A stretch of DNA of 64,000 nucleotides from the human T2T-CHM13v2.0 reference genome, Homo sapiens, in assembly GCF_009914755.1 (NCBI RefSeq), contig NC_060931.1; one strand, given 5' to 3'. The notes beneath the pieces were generated by a model. It was given only the letters and a program-made list of their open reading frames with translations. It had not been told where the DNA came from and did not search any database. Below are positions 54,241 to 64,000 of this stretch, in pieces. Every line of letters begins with the position of its first letter. Position 1 is the first letter of the stretch. A program made the position numbers and the translations under genes.

Positions 54241-54728
54241 TTTTGGAATTTGGTGGAAACAGTTTGTGTTGATAAAAGCTACTACCCTGGGGAAGACAAT
54301 GACCAGAGATAGGAAGGAGGGGTCTGTCATGAGTGGGTGTTGTCCACAGTGGTGATGCCATGCAGGCTGGAACATGCAACATGCCCTGAGCAAATGCACA
54401 TCTCATTACATATGTATATCTCTTCGCCATGAGTAGGGATCTGCCTGGTATGGTTGGTTATTCTTGTAACAAGCAATCAGTAGGAAATATTAGTAGATGT
54501 AAGATTGGTGAATGAGAGGGTTTTAGTGTCTGGAAAACACCTGTGAGTGGTAACATTTGCTCCTGTAAAATGATGTTCTTATAACTGCAAGTACAGATGA
54601 AAAAGTTTCTACAAAGCCTTAGGAAAAGTAATAGACCATGGAACACTTTTAGGTACAGTTGTGTTTGAACTTCTAATAGTGAACTTGATTTGGGGGAAGG
54701 CATAGTTTGTTAAGACATTAAAAGCCTT

Positions 54729-55017
54729 GGCCGGGCACGGTGGCTCACGCCTGTAATCCCAGCACTTTGGGAGGCCGAGGCGGGCAGATCACGAGGTCAG
54801 GAGATCAAGACCATCCTGGCTAACATGGTGAAACCCTGTCTCTACTAAAGATAACAAAAAAAATTAGCCGGGCATGGTGACGGTCGCCTGTGGTCCCCGC
54901 TACTCAGGAGGCTGAAGCAGGACAATGGCACGAACCTGGGAGGCGGAGCTTGCAGCAAGCCGAGATCACGCCACTGCACTCCAGCCTGGGCGACAGAGTG
55001 AGACTGCGTCTCAAAAG
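54729..55017 (+). mobile_element. AluY with very short tail
   Basis: GAGATCAAGACCATCCTGGCTAAC, AATGGC, GGAGCTTGCAG; TSD ACATTAAAAGCCTT. Confidence 0.93.
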
Positions 55018-56399
55018 AAACATTAAAAGCCTTAAGGAACTGAGCCCCAGATTTCATTTCCCTTGAGAACTGTTCCTTTTTACTTTGTTAAAGACATGGT
55101 TCTTTTTCTCTGTCCTCAAATAATAGCCAGCCCATCTTCTATAAAGTTAGATTCCTCTTGCAGTGGGGGTTAAAAGTTGCTCAAAGCCACACAATAAGGG
55201 GTTTGGACCAAGGAAAACGTCATCTGAGTGTCTAGGGTAGCAACTGACTAATATTTAAATGTGAGCTTTGAATCTAAGTGACTCTGGTTCTATTTGTCTT
55301 ATTTTATATAACTTCAACATTATATTGCTGATCAAATTTCTTGCTTAAACGTTGGAAATACAAGAAAAACTAGGTTTTTAAGTTGGACTTTACCCTGTAG
55401 TTTGTCCTATTTGTCCGTGAGTTGTACCACTAGGGTCTTAGGCATTATTAACTTTCAAACACGTGAGGAAGGGAGGAAGCAAAGTCCCAGGAGTGTCAGT
55501 TTGGAAGACAGGATGAGCCTCAGTTATGGGGAGTACTTATAACAGAGGAGCCTCAGTTATGGGAGAAATATAATGTGAAATTATATTTCACATAATTTCA
55601 TATGTGGAATTATATAGTTTAATGAAGGAGTAGGAAGCAGCAGCAGATGATCATGCTACATTTGTTGAAAGTACTTAGGGATCTCAAAAATATTAAGAGG
55701 GGTAACCTTAGTAAATGCAGTGCCTTGCAAGTACATCACTCCCCTATCTACAGTCCCTGTCTTGCCAAAAAGAATGCTAATCTTGAATCATAATTTTATG
55801 TTTCAATTTTATGGTGGCATTATGGAAAGAATATTCTTTGCTTTATAGCTAACTTAGATGGAATTTCTATACATTTATAGTGAAAGATCTTTGAAAGTTA
55901 TAAGTCACCTGCAAAGTATGTTCTTTGATTTGTTTATTGTCAAAGCAATTACATAGCACCTACTCCTGAGCAAGTATACATTCCCCTGAAGTGTGAGGCA
56001 CTATGGGATAATTTATGAAGATGTCTAATGGGGTAAAGTGTGTCAAAATGACAGATGATATTTTTGAAGGAGATTAACAGGATGAATCCTATAGTTTTCC
56101 CCTATAGTTCAATCTTGAACCTATTCCTAAATGATTTAGTTAAGCAAAAGTCAAGTACTCAGACTGATTTAAATGTCTTCAGTATTGCCTTCTGTGAGGA
56201 ATAAAAACAATTATGAATGGGATTCCATTACTCATGGTACTTGCCGTTCTGGCCAAGAATAAAATCTAGTGATTTCATAATGTTGGGATTATTCTATGAC
56301 GGGATGCTTAAAGGTTAAAAATGCTGATGTCATTAGTAGATCTAAGTGTGGGATCCAGCTAGGCCAATATCGGCATATTGAGGGCTTCTGGCCTATACC

Positions 56400-57105
56400 G
56401 TTTTTTAAAAAATTTACATTTTTAATTTTAAATTATGGATGCATAATAGTTGTATATATTTATAGGTATATGTGATGTTTTGGTACAGATATACAATATG
56501 TAATGATCAAATCAGAGTAATTGATTTACCTCATGCATTTGTCTATTACCTCATGCATTTATTTTTTGTGTGTTGGGAACATTCTAATTCCATTATTTTA
56601 GTTATTTTAAAATGCAATAAATTATTATCACCCTATTGTGCTACTGAATACTGATCTTATTTATTCTAACTATAGTTTTGTACCTGTTAACCATCCTCAC
56701 TTTAACCCCCTCGCTCCTGTTACCTTTCCCTGCCTCTGGCAACCATAATTCTGCTATTGCAATACATTCAATTTTCAAAATTTTTAGCTCCCACATATGA
56801 GTGAAAACATGTGAAATTTGTCTTTCCATGCCTGACTTATTTCACCTAACCTTAGGCTCTCCAGTTCCATCCATGTTGTTGTGAATGACAGGGTTTCGTT
56901 CTTTTTATGGTTGAATGATATTCCATTGTATATATGTGCCAAATTTTCTTTATCTGTTCATCTGTTGATGGGCACTTAGATTGCTTCCATATCTTGGCTA
57001 TTGTGAATAGTGCTGCAACAAACATGGAGTGCAGATATCTCTTCAGTATACTTATTTGCTTTCTTTTGGATGTATACCCAGTGGCGGGCTTGCTGGATCA
57101 TATGT
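56400..57105 (-). mobile_element. L1MA 3' region
   Basis: TTAGCTCCCACATATGAGTGA...GTTGATGGGCACTTAGATTGCTTCC. Confidence 0.9.
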
Positions 57106-57109
57106 CTAC

Positions 57110-57395
57110 TACCTGTTTTTGAACAGCCCACAAACTATGCATGGGTTTTACATGTAAAACGGTTGAAATAAATTAATATTTCATGTGCATGAAAATTATA
57201 TGAAATTCTAATTTCAGTGTCCATACCTGAAGTTTTATTGAAACAGATTTATTCACTTATATATTATGTATGGTGGCTTTCAGCTGCAATGGCAGAATTA
57301 TACAATTGTACCTAATTATGGCAGAGACCAGTATAGCCTAGAAAGCCTAAAAAATTTGCTATTTGGTGGTTTACAGAAAAAGTTGCTAACATCTG
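57110..57395 (-). mobile_element. MER58B-like
   Basis: AATTTCAGTGTCCATA...AGTTTTATTG...TTTACAGAAAAAGTTGCTAACATCTG. Confidence 0.75.
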
Positions 57396-57711
57396 AGCTA
57401 AGCTATAGTGTCTTTCACGTTTATCTCCTTCATCTCACTTAAACGGCCATTGTCCTGGTCCAAGTCTTTATTCTGTGTTACCAGAATTATTGCAAAAACC
57501 TCTCAGCTAGTGTTCATACTCCTGGGTTTTCCTGTCTATTTCTGTAAGTAAGTGCTGCCTGATCCTGCTAAAATGCATGCTACTAAACTTTTAATGATGT
57601 CCCAATATGTATAGAAAAACCTACATGCTTTGGCACAGGCTTTTTTTGTGTCACTATTTTTTCTTATCTTTCTAGGCTAGTCTTCTCCTGCTTCCTTATT
57701 ATACCCTATAC

Positions 57712-57968
57712 TTACAGTGGCCATATAATTTTCCAAATGGGACACTTAAGTGTGAAAGGGGCCCTAGTAGTAATTATGTTGGGGAAACAGGCCTAAGACA
57801 ATACTGTTCTGTAATAATGATGCATGTGCCTCTTTCTCCTAACTACCCTCTCTGTCTTGACCTTGCCAAAAGAATGCTAATCTTGAACCATAACTTCAAT
57901 TTTATGGTGGCATTTATGGAAAGAATATTTTTTGCCTATTAGGCAAATCAGGATGTATGGTTACTCTA
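57712..57968 (-). mobile_element. MER96-like hAT MITE (inside an L2) interrupted by a local duplication
   Basis: CCATATAATTTTCCAAATGGGACACTT...AGGCAAATCAGGATGTATGGTTACTCTA. Confidence 0.6.
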
Positions 57969-58215
57969 GCTATACTCCAACCAGTTTGAATGGGCTCGCC
58001 ATTTTCCATATGTACCTGTTCCTTTGCCTTCACTCACTGTTCCCCTAGATTGGAATTCCTTTACTTTTTTCTGTAAATCTAAACCTTGCCTTTCCAAATC
58101 CAGCTTAAAAAATACTGTGTCCACGAAGCCTTACTCAGAAATATTCTCTCCCATCCCACCTCTCTTTTACTAATGAAGTGCTTTCTCATGGTGTGAATTA
58201 CTTTGAGTTTTAGGT

Positions 58216-58237
58216 ACACACACACACACACACACAC
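58216..58237 (+). repeat. (AC)11 microsatellite
   Basis: Seen directly. Confidence 0.95.
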
Positions 58238-58461
58238 GTACTGAAGACATAATTCTTGTTGGATTACATATTCCTCATAGGCCTAGCATTGGGCCATGCC
58301 TAAATGGGATCTGCAAAATGTTTGAAGAATGAATTAATTGGTCAGGCTAGGGCGACTGAGTATTTGGGGCTTTCAATTTATGAGTCATCCATTTTAATGT
58401 GATTGAAGCAGTCAGAAAAGGGTTTCCAAGAACTGAAGACTGAGCCTCAGGTTTCAATGTG

Positions 58462-58700
58462 ACAGTGTAGCAAAATGGTTCAGGGCATAGATACAGACTT
58501 CTCGAGACTAAATTCCAGCTCTGCCATTTACAGCCTCTGTTACCTTAGGCAAGTTAACCTTTCCTCCTGTTTCTTCATCTGTGAAATGGGAGTAATCATA
58601 GTAGCCACTCCATGGAATGGTGGTTGAGGATTCAAACAGTGCCAAGTAACATTGAACTAACATTCACAGGTGAGCACTCTGTGAATGTTGGCTACTGTGA
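58462..58700 (+). mobile_element. MIR
   Basis: AATTCCAGCTCTGCCATTTAC...TTTCTTCATCTGTGAAATGGG. Confidence 0.82.
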
Positions 58701-59869
58701 CTAATATGATCATCTTCATAGTACTCTTACAGGTAGGTAAGAAAATGCAGACACCCAAGACCAAGATGTAACCATGGAAGAGCTGGAGGAAATGCTACAC
58801 CAAAATCTTAGTGGGTTTTTTTTCTTGATGGAAGTAGTCTGTTTTAGAGAAGTCATGAGAGAAGATGATCTCCACTTAGTAAGAAGTAACTAACCTGTAG
58901 TCTTTTGAGGCACCATTTCAGTAGAGTGGGTAAGGCACAAGTTTGGTGTCAGGAAACTAAAAAAGGAATGGCTAGAAGGGAAGGTAAATGGACAAGAGGA
59001 AGGGGAGGGAGGATAAGATACACAGCTGTGTAAAAGATGTTTCCTTAGTAAACTTTTTCTTCAAGCCAGATCACACTTTAAAAAGGAAGACACCCTGGGG
59101 GATAAATCAATAACCTATGTGTTCTTTTTTTGACATGATGTAAATTATTGATTAAAATCGGTACTTAAGTGCCAGTAACTTTTGCTATGGGATAAATGAG
59201 AAACCAGGTACAGGTTGGTGAGCTTTTATGAAAAACAAAACAAAACAAAAAAAATAAAGCTTGAGGTTGAAAAGGAATAGTTTTTAATTTGGGATGGGGA
59301 GTATTTATTCTTAGTAAGGTTCCTCTTTATAAGTTGGGGTGACTATTGCCTGGCTTACTTTGTGCCTTGAGGTTTTTCTCAAGAGTACTAATAAGGTGAG
59401 CCCTCCTTCATGTTCACCTTGTTCGTTTGCGTTTGATGAAATGGCTGCCTGGGTTTGGAAGGACAAGTTGGAACTGGAGATACCCCTGTGAAGTGAAGCC
59501 AAGTGAGCCAAGATCCTCAAACCATGACTCTAATATCTCCAGTGGGGGGTTGAAGGCAGAAGACCAGGGTTGCAGTTCCAGTTTGCCATTTACTGGCCAT
59601 ATGTTTTTGAACAAGTCAATCAGAATCTCCATTTTTCTCTGTGGAGATTATGGCCATCCATGAACATACTAAACTTATAGTACAAAAGTACAAGGTACAG
59701 AACTATAATGGATAATTATTCTTGGCTCCTGTTTTGACATAAATACCCTGAGATTCTTAAGTTAAAGTTTCCTAACATCTTAGCCCTGCCAACTGATTTT
59801 ACTGTGGCAGTTACCACTAAAACTCTCAAGCCTTAGTCTCATGTGTACAATCCAGTCATTTCTGTCTGA

Positions 59870-60100
59870 CTTTGATTCAGTCAGTACACCTACTGAGTGC
59901 CTCATATGTGCCAAGCGATGTGCTAGGTTCTAGAGATACAGCAGTAAGACCTGCCTTGATGCAGCTTACAGTCTTACAGGGCACATAGCCATTGAACAGG
60001 TAATATATCTCAAGGGATCCATCGCAAGTGCACCAAATGTGGTTAAGCGGGATGCTACAGGAGTAGGTCAGCAGGCCTGACCTACTTCCCAATGGGTGAA
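59870..60100 (-). mobile_element. L2 3' end
   Basis: TACTGAGTGCCTCATATGTGCCAAGCGATGTGCTAGG...GAGATACAGCAGT. Confidence 0.78.
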
Positions 60101-60115
60101 GAGGAAGTCTAAAGC

Positions 60116-60287
60116 CAGGGGTTCTCAAAACATGGTCCTTGGACCAGCCATGTCACCATCACCTGAGGACTTGCTAGAAATGCATATTCACAGTCCCACC
60201 CCAGACCTACTAAATCAAGCTCTGGAAGTGGGCCCAAGCAATCTGTTTAATTTGATTTTGATATACATTAAAGTTTGAGAACCACTG
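60116..60287. mobile_element. MER5A
   Basis: TIRs CAGGGGTTCTCAAA / TTTGAGAACCACTG; CCCCAGACCTACTAAATCA. Confidence 0.9.
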
Positions 60288-60332
60288 GCCTACAGAAACT
60301 AACATTTAAGCTGAGCTCTAAAGCTGCATGAT

Positions 60333-61293
60333 CTAGTGCGGTAGCCACTGGTCACATGTGGCTATGGAGCACTTGAAATGTGGCTGGTTCACATTGAGAT
60401 ATGCTTTCATTATAAAGTACACACCAGATTCCAAAGACATACTGTGAAAAAAAAGAATGTAAATTGCCTTATTAATAATTTTTGTATGGATCATGTGTTA
60501 GAATTGTATTAGTTCTCATGCTGCTAATAAAGACATATCAGAGACTGGGTAATTTTATAAAGGAAAGAGGTTTAAATGATTCACAGTTCAGCATGGCTGG
60601 AGAGGCCTCAGGAAACTTACAATCATGGTGGAAGGGAAGCAAACATGTCCTTCTTCACATGGTGGCAGCAAGGAGAAGTATAAGTGAAGTGGGGGCAAAG
60701 TTCCTTATAAAACCATCAGACCTCGTGAGAACTCACTTTCTATCATAAGAACAGCATGAGGGTAACTGTCCCCATGAATCAATTACCTCCCACTGGGTCC
60801 CTGCCATGACACATGGGGATTATGGGAACTACAATTCAAGATGAAATTTGGTCTTGGCCCCTCCCAAATCTCATGTCCTCTCATTTCAAAACATAATCAT
60901 GCCCTTTCCAACAGTCGCCCAAAGTCTTAGCTCATTTCAGCATCAACCCAAAAGTCCAAATCCAAAGTCTCATCTGAGACAAGGCAAGCCCTCTCTGCCT
61001 ATGAGCCTAGAAAATTGAAAGCAAGTTAGTTACTTCCTAGATACAGTGGGGCTACAGGCATTGGGTAAATATACCTGTTCCAAATGGGAGAAATTGGCCA
61101 AAACAAAGGGGCTACAGCAGGCCCCATGCAAGTCCGAAATCCAATAGAGCAGTTGTTACACCTTAAAGTTCCAAAATGATCTCCTTTGACTCCATGTCTG
61201 AATGATAGCTTTTGGACCTATAGGATTCATGTGGCTTGTAGAAAATTTAAAACTTCATTGTGCCTCGCATTATATCTTGATTGGACACAACTG
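60333..61293. mobile_element. MER3-like element interrupted by THE1/MST LTR plus adjoining internal sequence (60505-61199, minus)
   Basis: GTAGCCACTGGTCACATGTGGCTA (MER3); TGTATTAGTTCTCATGCTGCTAATAAAGACATA... then int CAAAAGTCCAAATCCAAAGTCTCATCTGAGACAAGGC. Confidence 0.85.
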
Positions 61294-62063
61294 ATCTAAA
61301 GGATGACTAGAGCTTAACCTAAAGCAGGGTGAGACTGAAGTGGCAATGGAGAGAAGAGATGAAGGGTGAGTGTTCTGCATAGGGTACAGTGTGTGCAAAA
61401 CTACTGAGGCAAGAAAGAACCTGACATGCTCAAGGAAATAAAACGAAAGCCTTGCAGGTCACATGAAGGATTCTGAACATTTTCTAAGACCAGTAGGAAG
61501 AATTGAGGGTTTAAAATAAGATACTCAATTTTCAAGGAGTTTAATTGTTAGTTTGCAGTTAATAAATGAGGGCAAGAGAACTTCAACTGAATATAGCAAG
61601 ACTTTCAACTTTGAAGCTCCCCAACTCCCTAGGATGGTGGGGGAGGGGCGATTTGGTCAGTGGAGGAAGCAGGACGCTGCCCATCACCTGAACCTAACCC
61701 TAGGGTATGAGGCATGAGCACCCCCCACTAGAGAGAGAAGCAGTGTCACCTGGGAAGAGGTCGTTTTCAGTTCAGATCTTTTTCAGTGCAATTGACACTC
61801 AAAGCTGAGTGGGAGTTTGAGGACAGAGCTAGGAATTCTGCAGGGCACCAGCAAATGGTTCGGTGAGGGAGGGCTGTAAAGGTGGGTCAGGGAGAAGGAA
61901 GCCCAGAGCATTATGGGGATTAGAGGGTCTGTCCTTTGAAAGGCTGTGTTGGGCAATAACAGGAAAGCTGGTTAAGTGGTCCAGACGCTTGGGTTCTGAC
62001 CGTCTCCTGGGGTATAGTGGCTGTACCATTTATCTGTGGCCTAGGGGAGGTTTCCCTTTAAGT

Positions 62064-62630
62064 CAGAGGTCATAAGCTAGCAGCCACGATCTAGCCTGCA
62101 GAAGAAATGTTTTGTTTCACTCACATTTTACAAATATACATTAGTTGCTAATATTTAAATCAGATATCAGATAAAAATACACATTTTCATTTTTTTTTTA
62201 ATTGGAAGATCTAGAAACCTCAGTTGCTCAGTATCACAGGGCAATGGGCTGGAGCTAAGTAGTAGGTACTCCTTTTATTTTTTACATGAATTTTTAGGAG
62301 GTTTTGAAATGATTGTTTTAGCTTTTTTAAAAAAGACATTTATTTACTCAAAGTTTCTCTGTGGTCTGACTCTAAGTCTTGCATTCATCCTAGTCTTCGA
62401 TGTCAGCAATCCCATCTTCTTTTTGTTTTCCAGAAAAGTTCTAAGAACAGTGCTGTTGGCTCAGTGAGATGAGGTTATCGGAAAACTTTCTGTTTACACA
62501 AGAGTTGCCTCCTTCAAAGAAGCATGCATGGTCCTTGCAGGTCACTGTGCCCATCACTCTGCATAGTCCAGCTGCACTCTGCTTCACACAGCTGCCTGCC
62601 CATTGCAGGCATTTGAGTTTGCAATCCATG
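62064..62630 (+). mobile_element. MER102-like hAT element, split by ~230 bp of other sequence
   Basis: TTAGTTGCTAATATTTAAA...GGAAGATCT...GGCTGGAGCTAAGTAG; right end GCAGGCATTTGAGTTTGCAATCCATG. Confidence 0.65.
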
Positions 62631-62754
62631 CCTTAAACTTTAAATCACACTGGCTACAGCGTTGTGTGTTTCTTGGTAAACACTGGGTAAATCAGCTCCT
62701 GTGGATGTTGACTGAAGTTTCTATGTTTGCAAGCTAATCCTCAGCAGTTTCTTT
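62434..62754 (+). other. BPGM: Probable alternative non-coding BPGM exon (3' boundary uncertain)
   Basis: Strong acceptor CCCATCTTCTTTTTGTTTTCCAG|A at 62433/62434; best donor TTT|GTAAGT at 62754/62755 (weaker ones at 62675, 62686). From memory, BPGM has a variant with an extra 5'UTR exon. Confidence 0.5.
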
Positions 62755-63472
62755 GTAAGTATCCAGCAGTTAAGTGGGAAAAGTCCGTTGATAGTACTAG
62801 GGAGGAGAGAGGAAAGTAACCTTTTGTTTTCTTGAGATAGACATACTAGTTTAGTACTTTATCATGTATTCACCTGCGTAAATGTATTCCTGTGCTTCAG
62901 AGTGAGGGAAGGATGCATATTTGCATAGTTTTTGTGACTGCAGTACTGTTCCTCTGTTCTGGTGTGTGTGTGTGTTTATTTTTTTTATTTTTATTTTTTT
63001 TTTTTAGTAAAAAGAAAACAGAACTTTGTTTTAATGCAGTAAGCAAATATAGGAGAATAAGATACCACAAAGCTTGGTGGTGGGTGCCTGAGTGTCCATG
63101 TTGCTATTACTACATTGTTTTGTCCCCTTGATATAGTTTATAATCAAAAGATGGTGGAAAGGTGCTTCTGTCTACAAAATTTGTCTAACCATGCCCTTCT
63201 TTAACTGAAGAGAGAATGGCTTCATTAGCTTATGGAGGTTTCTCACTTGACAAGATAAACTGAGGGTGAAGGTAGAGGAACAGTTGATAGCTTCTTTTTT
63301 CTCCATCCCCCTCCTCCACTACCAATAACAAAACAAAATGATCAATGGTTACAAAGGGTAGATACAGTTTTTGATGGAGCTGAGGCTTCTACTACTTGGT
63401 GGATTGGGGCTTTGTAAAGAAACACTGCAAAAATATCTTCCATTTGCAAATTAACACACTTACACACACCCC

Positions 63473-63475
<3 letters not shown>

Positions 63476-63515
<40 letters not shown>
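63476..63515 (+). repeat. (GT)20 microsatellite
   Basis: Counted directly. Confidence 0.97.
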
Positions 63516-63516
<1 letters not shown>

Positions 63517-63852
63517 CATCACCTGGTTTCTCGCAGGTGAGGGGCTCTGAAGCTTGAACTTTGTTAGACTCATGACTATTCTGCCCCTGGGCACAGGCAG
63601 TCATCTGGCAAAACACTGCCTAGATACCTTTTGTTCCCTTCTCTGTTCTGCCACCCTGATGCCTCTTCTAGGCTAAGGACAGAGACATTGGGCTTCCTCC
63701 TTGGGAATTCTCAGCTCTGTGGGATGCTTTAATCTGGGTCCTGAGCCCAGGCTCTTCTGGTTCCCTGGCACTTCCCTGCTGCACATGCACAGCAACCTGG
63801 TACTTAACAAGAAAGGAAAATCATCATCCTAACTGCTGTAGCCTTTCAACTT

Positions 63853-64000
63853 CAGTCATGCACCACCTAATGATGTTTCAGTCAAGCATGGATCGTGTAA
63901 ATGATGGTGGCCCTGTAAGATGGTAATGGAGCATATATAGACATCTGATATGTGGCACTTGACATTGGCATTGCAGATCGAGTAGGGGAAATGATTGATA
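63853..64000 (+). mobile_element. Tigger3/Golem 5' end (runs off window)
   Basis: CAGTCATGCACCACCTAATGATGTTTCAGTCAA...GATGGTGGCCCTGTAAGAT...GGCATTGCAGATC. Confidence 0.85.

Overview
Primate (human-like) genomic DNA that is rich in repeats and contains no supportable protein-coding exon. The long ORFs in the supplied track are almost all Alu, L1 or LTR translations. The one gene feature is a CpG-rich, TATA-less promoter and first exon at about 50.9-51.0 kb (+ strand), with a (CTG)8 repeat and a consensus donor CAG|GTGAGT. I recognise it from memory as the non-coding exon 1 of BPGM (bisphosphoglycerate mutase, 7q33). Intron 1 follows, with a probable alternative 5'UTR exon near 62.4 kb; the coding exons would lie beyond the window. 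The first ~50 kb is intergenic and packed with nested retroelements and DNA transposons (L1, Alu, MaLR/ERVL, L2, L3, MIR, Cheshire, Tigger). I found no new multi-gene system. The best leads are: (1) an upstream ORF in exon 1 that reads the CTG repeat as a signal-peptide-like poly-Leu; (2) several short locally templated insertions that look like template-switch or repair scars, the clearest a two-donor insert at 47.76-47.89 kb; (3) a BC200 retrocopy with a TSD; (4) a ~40-bp micro-L1 with an 18-bp TSD; (5) single strong CTCF and RFX motifs. Repeat subfamily names come from remembered consensus sequences and need RepeatMasker/Dfam confirmation.
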